Shown in pieces: positions 54,338 to 64,000 of a DNA stretch of 64,000 bases. The notes beneath the pieces were generated by a model. That model was given only the letters and a program-made list of their open reading frames with translations, did not search any database and was not told the DNA's origin. The position numbers were made by a program, and so were the translations under genes. The DNA is from Candidatus Latescibacterota bacterium (GTDB lineage Bacteria > Latescibacterota > UBA2968 > UBA8231): contig CBDCSU010000006.1 in assembly GCA_965221775.1 (NCBI GenBank), positions 2,080,001-2,144,000 on the forward strand, written 5' to 3'. Each line of letters opens with the position of its first letter. The first letter of the stretch is position 1.

Positions 54338-56803
54338 TCACTCGTACCGCAACGCCCGTACCGGATCCGCCCGCGCCGCCCGCCAGGCTTGGTGGCAGGA
54401 GCTGACCAGGACCGCCGCCAGCGCGATCGCCGCCCCGGCGGCGAAGTGCCAGGGCGACAGGTCGATGCGGAAGGCGAAGCCGTCGAGCCAGTCGCGCATC
54501 CACCACCAGGCGAGGGGGCTGGCCGCCGCGGCACCGAGGAGGCCGAGCCAGGCGAACTCGCGGGCCATGAGGGCGGTGAGGCCGACGACGGTGGCGCCGA
54601 GGGCCTTGCGGATGCCGATCTCCTTGGTGCGGCGGCCGACGGCGAGGGCGGTGAGGGCGAAGGCGCCGAGGGCGGAGATGAGGACGGCGCCGGCGGCGGC
54701 CCAGGTGATGACGCGGCGCCAGCGCAGCTCGTCGCGGTAGGCGGCCTCCAGGTCCTGCTGCAGGAAGGAGAAATGGAAGTCGGCGTGGTCGACGATCCCG
54801 GTCCAACTCTCCTCCATGTAGCGAATGACCTCCTGCAGGTCCCCCGGCTTGATGCGCACGAGCATGAGATCGGCTTCGTACACGTCCGGCCCCAGGATGG
54901 GGTTGAGGAGCAGCAGGCCCGGCGGGCCCTCCTCGTAGCCCGACTCGAAGGTGAAGTCCTTGACCACGCCGATGATCCGGAACTGTCCCCGGGACTGGCG
55001 TTTCGAGCGCGATGGGCGCACCAACTCGATCGTCTCTCCCAGGGGGTCGGCGAGTCCCAGACGCGCCGCGGCGCTCTCGGATATGAGGGCGAGATGCGAC
55101 TTGTCTCCCTGGTCCACCGAGAAGTCGTGGCCGCCTAACAGCTCCAGGTTCATGGTCTGCACGAAATGGTGGTCCACCGTGTAGTGACGGACCTTCGTCT
55201 CGCGCCCGTCCGCCACGGCCAGGTGGTCGGTCCGGTGCGGCTCCTGCAGGAAGTCATCCTCCACCAAGGTCACCGAGGCGACCCGATGGTGCTGCAGAAA
55301 AGCCTCCACGAGGGCGGGATGATCGGGGTACATGTCGTGGAGGGCATCCGCGTGCACGGCGATGACCCGCTCCTGGTCCATGCCCACGTCGCGCGCCATG
55401 ACGTGCTCGAGCTGGTGGTACATGACCACCGTGCAGGTGATCAGGCCCGCGGAGATGGCCAGCTGCACACAGACGAGGGCGCGGCTGAACCGCGCCGTGC
55501 CGGCCATCGACACGCTTCTCCGGATCGCGCTCAGGGGCGCCAGCCGGGACAGGACGAGGGCCGGATACCAGCCGGCCCCCAGGCTGACGAGGAGCAGCAG
55601 GGCCGCCAGTGCGGCGAGCATGCCCGGCTCGGACAGACCGAGGGTGAGATCCTGGGAGAAGGTGGCGTTGAAGGCCGGCAGCAACAGCCACGCCAGCCCG
55701 CACCCGGCACCGAGCCCGAGGACGGCGAGCACCGAGGACTCGCCGATGAACTGGCGGATCAACTGCTCCCGTCCGGCGCCCACGGCCTTGCGCACGCCCA
55801 CCTCGGGAGCGCGTTGGGAGGCCCGGCCGATGGCCAGGTTGACGAAGTTGATGCATCCCATCAGCAGGACCGCGAGGGCGATGCCGCCGAGCACGTAGGA
55901 GACGTACGGGTCCCTCGGCTCCACCACGCCGTGTCCGACCCATCGCAGCAGGCCCGTGTCCGAGCGCAGGTCTGTGAGGGGCTGCAGATGGAAGAGGGAG
56001 AAGTCCCCGGGCATCTCCCCTCCCCCGGCGGGGAGCAGGTTGCGCGTCATCTGCGCGAGGGCGGGCTCCACGTCGGCGGGTTCGGCGCCGTCCGCGAGCA
56101 GGACATAGGCATTGCAGGAGCCTTCCCACGCGTCCGGGGCGTCGTGGAAGAGCAGGTCCGTGTTGGCGAAGGGCAGCAGCATGTTGAAGCGGATCGACGA
56201 GGTGCGCGGGACCGGCGCGGCCACTCCCGTGATGGTGAAGTCCTCCACATCGGCCGTGGCCAGTGAAGCGATCGACAGGCTCTGCCCCAGAGGATCAGCG
56301 TCGCCGAAGAGGCGCAGAGCCATCTCGTGACCCAGGACGACGGAGTTGCGCCCGGCCAGGGCCGTGGAGGCGTCCCCCCGCAGCAGGGGGAAGTCGAAGA
56401 CCTCGAAGAACGAGGGATCGACGAGGAGGAACTCCTCGTCCCGGGACTCGCCCGCGTAGGTCGTGCGCACGACGCGGTCGTCCCTGTCGCTGCCCCTCGC
56501 GGCGCTGAGACGGACGGCGCGTTCCACGTGGGGGGAGAGAGCCTCCAGCTCCGGAGCGAAGGCGAACTGGATCGCATCGGCCGTGCGCGCCGGCCCCCCT
56601 TCGGGTCCCTGGGCCAGAGAGACGACGCGGTAGATCCGGTCCCCCTTGCCGTGGAAGCGGTCGAAGGACCACTCCTGGGAGGCGAAACGCCAGGCGAGCA
56701 GGCAGAAGGCGAGGCCCAGGCCGAGACCGGCGAGGTTGATGGCCGTGTGCAGACGGTGGCGCATCAGGTTGCGCACGGCGATGACCAGGTAGTTTCGCAG
56801 CAT
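54338..56803 (-). CDS. ABC transporter permease, duplicated MacB/FtsX type (copy B)
   Basis: CINFVNL, EVGVRKAVGA, RRTKEIGIRKALGA, DPVRALRYE. Confidence 0.94.
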   Translation of the reverse strand: MLRNYLVIAVRNLMRHRLHTAINLAGLGLGLAFCLLAWRFASQEWSFDRFHGKGDRIYRVVSLAQGPEGGPARTADAIQFAFAPELEALSPHVERAVRLSAARGSDRDDRVVRTTYAGESRDEEFLLVDPSFFEVFDFPLLRGDASTALAGRNSVVLGHEMALRLFGDADPLGQSLSIASLATADVEDFTITGVAAPVPRTSSIRFNMLLPFANTDLLFHDAPDAWEGSCNAYVLLADGAEPADVEPALAQMTRNLLPAGGGEMPGDFSLFHLQPLTDLRSDTGLLRWVGHGVVEPRDPYVSYVLGGIALAVLLMGCINFVNLAIGRASQRAPEVGVRKAVGAGREQLIRQFIGESSVLAVLGLGAGCGLAWLLLPAFNATFSQDLTLGLSEPGMLAALAALLLLVSLGAGWYPALVLSRLAPLSAIRRSVSMAGTARFSRALVCVQLAISAGLITCTVVMYHQLEHVMARDVGMDQERVIAVHADALHDMYPDHPALVEAFLQHHRVASVTLVEDDFLQEPHRTDHLAVADGRETKVRHYTVDHHFVQTMNLELLGGHDFSVDQGDKSHLALISESAAARLGLADPLGETIELVRPSRSKRQSRGQFRIIGVVKDFTFESGYEEGPPGLLLLNPILGPDVYEADLMLVRIKPGDLQEVIRYMEESWTGIVDHADFHFSFLQQDLEAAYRDELRWRRVITWAAAGAVLISALGAFALTALAVGRRTKEIGIRKALGATVVGLTALMAREFAWLGLLGAAAASPLAWWWMRDWLDGFAFRIDLSPWHFAAGAAIALAAVLVSSCHQAWRAARADPVRALRYE

Positions 56804-56812
56804 CTCAGTTCC

Positions 56813-59260
56813 TCACTCGTACCGCAGACTCTGCGCCGGTGGGCGCAGGGCCGCTCCAGCCGATGCCAGGGCGACGAGCAGCAGGGTCAGTGTCATCACG
56901 GCCCCGGTGGACAGGGGGAAGACCCACGGAGCCAGGTCGACTCGATAGGGGAAGTTGTCGAGCCAGGTCCGCAACGCCATGTAGCTCAGGGGCCAGCTCA
57001 GGAGGGTGGCAAGGCCGAGGAGGGCCGTCGATTCCGCCGCCATGAGCCGGACGACCTGGGGGACCGTTGCGCCCAGCACCTTGCGGATCCCGATCTCCTT
57101 GGTGCGCCGGGAAACCGCCATGGTCACCTGACCCAGGAGGCCCAGGCAGGTGATGACGACCACGAAACCGGCGGACAGACCGATGATCCTCGTCCAGCGT
57201 TCTTCGTCCCTGTACTGGGCTTCCAGGTTGGCGTCGAGGAAGGACCACTCGAAGGGATCTTCGGGAGCCGCCCGGTTCCAGGCCTCGCGGAGCTCGCCGA
57301 GCACCTGCCTTGCGCTCCCCGGACGGATGCGCACGAAGACATGGTACAATCCGTGATAGGCCGGGTTCTGGGTCAGGAAGAGCGGCTGGATCCCACGGTG
57401 CATGGAGTCGAAGTGGAAGTCTCGCACGACACCGATCACCGTCGGTTGCGGCTCGTTGTTGATCGTCGAGACGGGCAGGGTGCGTCCTGTCGGATCGGTC
57501 CATCCCAGCAGGTCCGCGAAGTGTTCGTTGATGATGGCCACCCCCTCGGCGTCCGCTGCGCGTCCCTCGTCGAAGTTCCTTCCCGTCACCAGCTCCATCC
57601 CGAGCGTGGGCAGGTAGCCTGGATCGACGCGGATCACCCGGATGGGGGTATGAGCCGATGCGTCGGCCTTCTTCAGCCCCACCGATTGACTCCCGCTGGT
57701 GAAGGAGCGGTCACTCGCCCCTGTGCTCACCACGGAGCTCAGCCCCCCGGCCGCGTCCTGGAAACGCCTTGCCGTATCCTCGCCCGGCACCGGCACGACC
57801 AGCACCTGCTCGCTGTCGAAGCCCAGTTCCCCGGTGCGCATGAAATCCCACTGGCGCATCACCATCACCGCACCGACGATCAGCCCCACCGCCAGCCCGT
57901 ACTGAACCACCAGCATGGACTGCATGAACCTCCGGCGCCGCGGCCTGCCCCCGCGCCCCTTCAACACCGCCACCGCCGGAGGCCGGGACAGGACCATCGC
58001 CGGGTACCAGCCGGCGGCCACTCCCGTGACGAGGAGGATGGCGAGCAGGAAGAGGGGACCTCGCCAGCCCTCCAGTTGCGACATGGACAGGGGTTTCTCG
58101 ACCAGCGCGGCGAAAGCGGGCAAGGCCGAGGCGGCCGCGGCCGCTCCGCAAAGAGCCGCGCCGAGCACCAGCAGCAGGGCCTCGCCCCAGAACTGCCGCA
58201 TCAACTGCTTCCGGCGTCCCCCCAGGACCTTGCGGACACCCACTTCCAGGGCACGGCCTGCCGACACGCCGATGGTCAGGGTGATGAAATTGATGCACGC
58301 CACCAGCAGCACGACCAGCCCCATCCCCGACAACATCCAGGCGTAGGTCGAGTTTCCCAGCACGAGGTAGTGGCTGTCGACCTCACGGTCGAAGTGGACC
58401 TTCGAGAGAGGCTGCAGGTTGACGGCATACGCCCCCAGACGCTCGTCGGTCAGCCGGGCCCTCAGTTGCCTCCGAGCCTCGGACAGGACTTCGGGCGGCG
58501 CGGAGGCCGGCCATCCGCTCTGAATGAACGACATGAGTTGCGTTCGAATCAGCGCGGTCAATGCCTCCTCGACGTCCCGGACACGGGTCTCCTCCCCGAG
58601 TTCGACGAAGATCGAGGTCTCTCCCACGTTGTTCCTGTCGACGAAGTAGCCTCCGCGATTCTCATGTGAGACGAGGTAGTCGAAGCGCAGGCTCGAGGCC
58701 GGCGGCACGTCCTCGGCGACGCCCGTGACGATGTGGTCCCTTCCCTTGACGGAGATGGTGCGGCCCATGACTTCGGCGAGTCCCGCTCCATGCTCGCCGA
58801 AGAGTCGCGCCGCTGCAGTCCTGCTGATCACGACCGCATCCGGACTCTCCACTGCCGTACGAGGATCACCGTGGAGGAGGGGAAAGCTGAAAACCTCGAG
58901 AAAGTCGGGGCTCACGAGTCCGATCTGCTCGTCCAGCACCGAGTCTTCCCAGCGCACGCGCGCCGTGGAGCGAATGAAGGCCGCCACCGCCTCCACACCG
59001 GCTGCACTCTCCGCAACGGCGTGCGTCATGGCACCGGGGAAGAGCGTGCCGGTCTCTCTCTCCTTCGCGTCCTGGAGGAGAAGCCTGTAGACCCGGTCGC
59101 CCTTCTCGTGAAAGGCGTCGTGGCGCAACTCGTGGTCCACGTACAGGTAGATCAACGTGCAGCCGGCGATGCCGATGCAGAGCCCGAAGAGGTTGATGAG
59201 ACTGTGGCTCTTATGCCGCCGCAGCGTTCGGAGGGCGATGAGCAGGTAGATGCGCAGCAT
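56813..59260 (-). CDS. ABC transporter permease, duplicated MacB/FtsX type (copy C)
   Basis: CINFITL, EVGVRKVLGG, RRTKEIGIRKVLGA, PAQSLRYE. Confidence 0.94.
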   Translation of the reverse strand: MLRIYLLIALRTLRRHKSHSLINLFGLCIGIAGCTLIYLYVDHELRHDAFHEKGDRVYRLLLQDAKERETGTLFPGAMTHAVAESAAGVEAVAAFIRSTARVRWEDSVLDEQIGLVSPDFLEVFSFPLLHGDPRTAVESPDAVVISRTAAARLFGEHGAGLAEVMGRTISVKGRDHIVTGVAEDVPPASSLRFDYLVSHENRGGYFVDRNNVGETSIFVELGEETRVRDVEEALTALIRTQLMSFIQSGWPASAPPEVLSEARRQLRARLTDERLGAYAVNLQPLSKVHFDREVDSHYLVLGNSTYAWMLSGMGLVVLLVACINFITLTIGVSAGRALEVGVRKVLGGRRKQLMRQFWGEALLLVLGAALCGAAAAASALPAFAALVEKPLSMSQLEGWRGPLFLLAILLVTGVAAGWYPAMVLSRPPAVAVLKGRGGRPRRRRFMQSMLVVQYGLAVGLIVGAVMVMRQWDFMRTGELGFDSEQVLVVPVPGEDTARRFQDAAGGLSSVVSTGASDRSFTSGSQSVGLKKADASAHTPIRVIRVDPGYLPTLGMELVTGRNFDEGRAADAEGVAIINEHFADLLGWTDPTGRTLPVSTINNEPQPTVIGVVRDFHFDSMHRGIQPLFLTQNPAYHGLYHVFVRIRPGSARQVLGELREAWNRAAPEDPFEWSFLDANLEAQYRDEERWTRIIGLSAGFVVVITCLGLLGQVTMAVSRRTKEIGIRKVLGATVPQVVRLMAAESTALLGLATLLSWPLSYMALRTWLDNFPYRVDLAPWVFPLSTGAVMTLTLLLVALASAGAALRPPAQSLRYE

Positions 59261-59275
59261 ATCGGATCCTTTCCC

Positions 59276-61741
59276 TTACTCGTACCGCAACGCCCGCACC
59301 GGGTCTGCCCGCGCCGCCCGCCAGGCCTGGTGGCAGGAGCTGACCAGGACCGCCGCCAGCGCGATCGCCGCCCCGGCGGCGAAGTGCCAGGGCGACAGGT
59401 CGATGCGGAAGGCGAAGCCGTCGAGCCAGTCGCGCATCCACCACCAGGCGAGGGGGCTGGCCGCCGCGGCGCCGAGGAGGCCGAGCCAGGCGAACTCGCG
59501 GGCCATGAGGGCGGTGAGGCCGACGACGGTGGCGCCGAGGGCCTTGCGGATGCCGATCTCCTTGGTGCGGCGGCCGACGGCGAGGGCGGTGAGGGCGAAG
59601 GCGCCGAGTGTGGAGATGAGGACGGCGCCGGCGGCGGCCCAGGTGATGACGCGGCGCCAGCGCAGCTCGTCGCGGTAGGCCGCCTCCAGGTCCTGCTGCA
59701 GGAAGGAGAAGTCGAAGTCGGAGTAGTTGACGACGCCGTTCCAGGCCTGCCGCAGGTGTTGCAGGACCTCCTGCAGGTCGCCCGGCTTGACGCGCACGAG
59801 CATCAGCTCGCCTTCGCCGGGCAGGCCGGGATGGAGGGCCAGCAGCCCGGGCGGGCTCTCCTCGTAGCCGGACTCGAAGGTGAAGTCCTTGACCACGCCG
59901 ACGATGCGGTAGTGGCCCCGGGACTTGCGGCCCGAGGGAGAGACGCGCATCAGCTCCACCGTCTCGCCGATGGGATCGGCGAGTCCGAGGCGGGAGACGG
60001 AACTCTCGGAGATGAGGACCACGCTCTCCTTGTCGCCCTTGGCGGGCGAGAAGTCCCGGCCGCGGGTCACCTCCAGGCCCATGGTCTTCACGAACTGGTG
60101 GTCGACCATGAACCGGCGGACCTTCGCCTCGCGGCCCTCCGGGGTCGCGGCCCGGTAGTCGGAGGGATACTCGTCGCGCAGGAAATCGTCGTCCGACAGG
60201 GAGATGGAGGCGATGCGGTGGTGGTTCAGCATGGGTTCCACGAGCCGGATCTGATCGGGGTTGTTGACGGGCTCCGTGTGGACGGCGATGACGCGCTCCT
60301 GGTCGAGCCCCATGTCGCGGGCCATGACGTGGTCGAGCTGGTGGTACATGATCAGGGTGCAGGTGATGAGGGCCACGGAGATGGCCAGCTGCACGCCCAC
60401 GAGGACGCGGCTGATGCGGGTGATCCCGGCCGTGGACAGGCTGCGCCGGATGGCGCTCATCGGCGCCAGGCGGGAGAGGACGAGGGCGGGATACCAGCCG
60501 GCCCCGAGGCTGACGAGCACCAGCAACGCAACCAGCGCGCCCAGCGTTCCCGGCTGGGTCAGCCCCAGGGACAGCTCCTGCGAGAAGGTGGCGTTGAAGG
60601 CGGGCAGGAGCAGCGACGCCAGGGCGCACCCGGCGCCCAGCCCGAGGACGGAGAGCACCGCCGCCTCGCCGACGAATTGCCGCATCAGGTGCCCTCGTCC
60701 GGCGCCGACGGCCTTGCGCACGCCCACCTCCGCCGCCCGCAGCGACGCCCGGCCGATGGCGAGGTTGACGAAGTTGATGCACCCCATGAGCAGGACCGCC
60801 AGGGCGATGCTGCCGAGGATGTAGGAGACGTAGGGGTCCCTCGGCTCGACGACGCCGTGTCCCACCCATCGCAGCAGACCCGTGTCGGAGCGCAGGCCGG
60901 TGAGCGGCTGCAGGCGGTAGGGCGAGGTATCCTCCGGGAAGTCGGCGGGAAGGTCGTCCTCGTGGAGCCGCAGCCAGGTCCGGCCGAGCTGGGCGAGGGC
61001 CGGCGCCAGGTCGGCGGGGTCGGCCCCGGGCTTGAGGAGGACGTAGGCGTTGCAGGTGCCTTCCCACTCGTCCGGGGAGTCCATGAAGAGGAACTCCGAG
61101 TTGTCGAGGGGAAGGAGCATGTTGAACTGGATCGACGAGGTGCGCGGCACGGGGGCCGCCACGCCGGTGATGGTGAAGTCCTCGGCCTTCCCCCAGTCCG
61201 GGGAGACCAGGGAGAGGCTCTGCCCCAGCGGATCGGCCTCGCCGAAGAGGCGTTGAGCCATCTCGTGGCCCAGGACCACGGAGTTGCGCTCCGTCAGCGC
61301 CGTGGCCGCGTCTCCCCGCAGCAGGGGGAAGTCGAAGACCTCGAAGAAGGCGGGATCGACGAGCAGGATCTCCTCGTCGCTGGAGGCGCCGGCGAAGGTG
61401 GTGCGCACAACGCGGTCGCTCTTGTCGCTCCCCTCCCCCGAGCTGAGGCGGACGGTGCGCTCCACGAGGGGGGAGAGGGCCTCCAGCTCGGGGGCGAAGG
61501 CCAGCTCGATCATGTCGGCCGAGGCGACCCGCCCCATCTCCGGCAGGGTGATCTCCATGTAGACGCGGTAGATCCGGTCCCCCTTGCCGTGGAAGCGGTC
61601 GAAGGACCACTCCTGGGAGGCGAAGCGCCAGGCGAGGAGGCAGAAGGCCATGCCCAGGCCGAGACCGGCGAGGTTGATGGCCGTGTGCAGGCGGTGGCGC
61701 ATCAGGTTGCGCCAGGCGATGATCCAATGGTTGCGCAGCAT
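59276..61741 (-). CDS. ABC transporter permease, duplicated MacB/FtsX type (copy D, close paralog of B)
   Basis: AAGGAG RBS before MLRNHW; same motifs as copy B; last ~140 aa differ from copy B at one residue. Confidence 0.94.
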   Translation of the reverse strand: MLRNHWIIAWRNLMRHRLHTAINLAGLGLGMAFCLLAWRFASQEWSFDRFHGKGDRIYRVYMEITLPEMGRVASADMIELAFAPELEALSPLVERTVRLSSGEGSDKSDRVVRTTFAGASSDEEILLVDPAFFEVFDFPLLRGDAATALTERNSVVLGHEMAQRLFGEADPLGQSLSLVSPDWGKAEDFTITGVAAPVPRTSSIQFNMLLPLDNSEFLFMDSPDEWEGTCNAYVLLKPGADPADLAPALAQLGRTWLRLHEDDLPADFPEDTSPYRLQPLTGLRSDTGLLRWVGHGVVEPRDPYVSYILGSIALAVLLMGCINFVNLAIGRASLRAAEVGVRKAVGAGRGHLMRQFVGEAAVLSVLGLGAGCALASLLLPAFNATFSQELSLGLTQPGTLGALVALLVLVSLGAGWYPALVLSRLAPMSAIRRSLSTAGITRISRVLVGVQLAISVALITCTLIMYHQLDHVMARDMGLDQERVIAVHTEPVNNPDQIRLVEPMLNHHRIASISLSDDDFLRDEYPSDYRAATPEGREAKVRRFMVDHQFVKTMGLEVTRGRDFSPAKGDKESVVLISESSVSRLGLADPIGETVELMRVSPSGRKSRGHYRIVGVVKDFTFESGYEESPPGLLALHPGLPGEGELMLVRVKPGDLQEVLQHLRQAWNGVVNYSDFDFSFLQQDLEAAYRDELRWRRVITWAAAGAVLISTLGAFALTALAVGRRTKEIGIRKALGATVVGLTALMAREFAWLGLLGAAAASPLAWWWMRDWLDGFAFRIDLSPWHFAAGAAIALAAVLVSSCHQAWRAARADPVRALRYE

Positions 61742-61743
61742 GG

Positions 61744-62607
61744 CTATTCTCCTTTGACGAATACCAGTACGCCCCAGTAGTCCGGTTCGTGGAAGGAACC
61801 CGAGGTGGGAGAGACCCCCCACCCGCTGGCTACATCCCCGTCCTTGTATCCGATGATGCCTCCTTCTGCATCGACCAGAGTCTTCCTCACTCCCCGGCCT
61901 TGATCGAAGCGGTTGAAGTTGGCCTTCCACCTGTCGCCGGGCTCAGGCGGGATCGCCTGTTCGCCCAGCACGTCCCTCGCGTTCACCTCGTGGGTGACGT
62001 CATCCCTCTCCCAACTCAACTCCAGGGCCTTCCTGCCCAGGCCGCTCCAGGGAAGGAACAGCTCCACCGTCCACCACTCGTCCCGGTCCGACCGATCCGT
62101 GAGGGTGCCCTCCGCGTAGATGGCGTTCGTGAGATCGGGATCCCAGTCGGTAGTGAAGTTCGTGCCGCCGGCTTCGGGGATGAGGAGGTCCCTCCTCGCG
62201 CTGCGGGGATTGATCGCCACCTGGAGGTAGTTCGTGCCGTCCATGTCCGGGTCGAGGAACAGCTCCACGGTGTCGTCGGTGTACACCGGCCCGTCCCGCT
62301 CGGTGACCTCGGCCTGGATGTGGGCGTCCAGGCAGTGGTACAGGACCATCAACCCCTTGTCGTTCCACAGGGCCTTCACCCGCGTGCTCACCGAGTCGGT
62401 CGCCATCAGGCCGGTGTAGTGCCGGTCGGTGAGGTCGATGGCCGGCGCCAAGGCCCAGCTCTTCTCGTGGGCATGTCCGTCCAGGGTCATCTCCTCCCCG
62501 GTGAATCGGACCTCGTAGGAGAGTCCGGCCGGGTCGGCCGCGGCGGCGGGCAGGACGGCGAGCAACACCAGCACTGCCATGGAGCAACGAGCGAGAGGAC
62601 TCGTCAT
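61744..62607 (-). CDS. Secreted carbohydrate-binding family 9-like (DOMON-like) protein
   Basis: Signal peptide; LDG...W, TRVKALWND, DTVELFLDP, WTVELFLPW, WKANFNR, FHEPDYWG. Confidence 0.82.
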   Translation of the reverse strand: MTSPLARCSMAVLVLLAVLPAAAADPAGLSYEVRFTGEEMTLDGHAHEKSWALAPAIDLTDRHYTGLMATDSVSTRVKALWNDKGLMVLYHCLDAHIQAEVTERDGPVYTDDTVELFLDPDMDGTNYLQVAINPRSARRDLLIPEAGGTNFTTDWDPDLTNAIYAEGTLTDRSDRDEWWTVELFLPWSGLGRKALELSWERDDVTHEVNARDVLGEQAIPPEPGDRWKANFNRFDQGRGVRKTLVDAEGGIIGYKDGDVASGWGVSPTSGSFHEPDYWGVLVFVKGE

Positions 62608-62656
62608 GTCGGGGACCTCCGATCTGGACACGGGCACACCTCCGGGTTGATACCAG

Positions 62657-64000
62657 CTACTCCCCCAGTCGTATGTGGTCTATAGGGTTGCTGACCGCCA
62701 CCCTCGCCGAATGGAATGCTACCGGAACGAAGGCGACGGCCACTCCCAGCAGGATCGCAGCCGCGAGAAACTGGGACCAGATATCCACGCGGTAAGCGAA
62801 ACTCTGGAGCCATGTCGACATGCTGTAGTACACGAGAGGCAGTGCAATCAGGTTTCCGACCAGAGCCAATTCCCCGAACTCTCGTACCAACATGAACACA
62901 ACGCGTCCCGTGGAGGCACCGACCACCTTGCGGATGCCGATCTCTCCCTTGCGGCTCTCGGCCCGGTACGATGCCAGACCGAACAAACCCAGGCACGCAG
63001 TGAGCATGGCAAACCCCGCCAGAAGCCCAAAGATGCGGACGTCTTGAGCATCCTGGCGATACAGGTCATCCAGCTCGTCCTCGAGAAATGCGTACGAGAA
63101 GTCGCCCCCAATGGCTGCCACCTTCTCCCACTTCTCTTTGACCAGAGCTATCGTCTCCGGCAACGACTCTTCATCATGCAGCTTGATGAATGTCTTGTTC
63201 ACCGTACTGGCGGGAATCGACTCCGAGTGCCTTACCAGCACCATAGGCCGCACTTCTGCGTGAAGTGTGTGCCAATGGAAGTCCTTGACAACACCGATGA
63301 CTTGTGCCTTGCGATTCTCCTTCCAGAAGGGGAACTCAACCGCCTTGCCGATAGGATCCGCCCATCCCCACTCCCGGGCGGCCCTCTCGTTTATCAGGAC
63401 AGATGACTCGGCAAACTTGCGGCTCTCGGAGGATCCGGACCCGGGGAGGGCCCTCAGATCCATCAACTCCACAAAGTCTCCGTCCACAAACAGCAGATCA
63501 CAGTCAATTGGCTCGGGAGCACTTCCGCCTCCGACACATCTCTTAACTCCCGCCGGAGCCTGCCGCGCCGGGCTGCTGGAGACACCCGTTACGCCGGCAA
63601 TCCGCGGGCTCTCCAGGAGTTCACTCTTGAACAGCCCCAGGTTCCATGGGTTGATCCCTCCCTCGACGACCAGAATCTTGTCCGCTTCGAATCCGAGGTC
63701 CCTCTTCCCGAGGTAGGCCACTTGATCGTACGCCACACCGGCCGTTCCGATGAATGCGGTGGCCAAACCGAATTGCAGCACTGTCATGATCTTGCGCATC
63801 CGACTTTGACTGGCACCGCCAAAGTGGCGGCCCCTCATACTCTCCACTACTCTCAAGCGCGCGAGCATGAGAGATGGGTAGGAACTCGAGACGGCCCCAA
63901 CCAGCAATGCAACTCCAAACATGACCATCCATGTTTCCCAATTGGCGTAGACCCCGGGCCTGAATTTCTCACCAACTACCGCGTTGACGAACGGTACGAG
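62657..64000 (-). CDS. ABC transporter permease, duplicated MacB/FtsX type (copy E), 5'-truncated by window edge
   Basis: Frame open to base 64000; VLQF, IGVVKDFH, RKGEIGIRKVVGA; lower GC than its neighbours. Confidence 0.9.
   Translation of the reverse strand, partial: LVPFVNAVVGEKFRPGVYANWETWMVMFGVALLVGAVSSSYPSLMLARLRVVESMRGRHFGGASQSRMRKIMTVLQFGLATAFIGTAGVAYDQVAYLGKRDLGFEADKILVVEGGINPWNLGLFKSELLESPRIAGVTGVSSSPARQAPAGVKRCVGGGSAPEPIDCDLLFVDGDFVELMDLRALPGSGSSESRKFAESSVLINERAAREWGWADPIGKAVEFPFWKENRKAQVIGVVKDFHWHTLHAEVRPMVLVRHSESIPASTVNKTFIKLHDEESLPETIALVKEKWEKVAAIGGDFSYAFLEDELDDLYRQDAQDVRIFGLLAGFAMLTACLGLFGLASYRAESRKGEIGIRKVVGASTGRVVFMLVREFGELALVGNLIALPLVYYSMSTWLQSFAYRVDIWSQFLAAAILLGVAVAFVPVAFHSARVAVSNPIDHIRLGE

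Noticed and set aside
54338-59710. Diversity-generating retroelement template/variable repeat pair
   Set aside because: No reverse transcriptase in the window; both copies are coding ends of full genes; the few differences are not adenine-specific.

Overview
GC-rich (roughly 70% by eye) bacterial chromosomal segment with about 45 genes. No rRNA, tRNA, CRISPR array, integrase, transposase or reverse transcriptase was seen. Gene content (TonB-dependent receptor, C25/gingipain-like protein with an FlgD-type C-terminal domain, PhyH, BNR-repeat and heparinase-like proteins, arrays of MacB/FtsX-type permeases) suggests a diderm FCB-group organism such as Ca. Latescibacterota; this is an inference. 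Left to right: a TBDR / metal-chelate binding protein / PL2 pectate-lyase operon; PIG-L, GT4 and methyltransferase genes with a 3x90-bp repeat; an operon built around a GH32 whose catalytic motifs are atypical; a ~1850-aa C25 peptidase; a low-GC antitoxin-like + frameshifted PIN pair; an M48 peptidase whose start and signal-peptide region is tandemly triplicated upstream; a Rieske-helical fusion; a heparinase II/III protein; two small ORFs behind an NrdR-like box; GNAT / BNR / PhyH genes; two tandem TMTC-like GT-C+TPR paralogs (the second frameshifted); a sigma54 two-component system divergent from an adaptor + ABC ATPase operon with a clear -24/-12 promoter; an AbiEii remnant; an AAA/DUF4143 ATPase; and a tandem array of at least five duplicated-type ABC permeases. 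Two of those permeases have near-identical membrane segments but diverged periplasmic domains. Family calls come from motif recognition only, with no database search.
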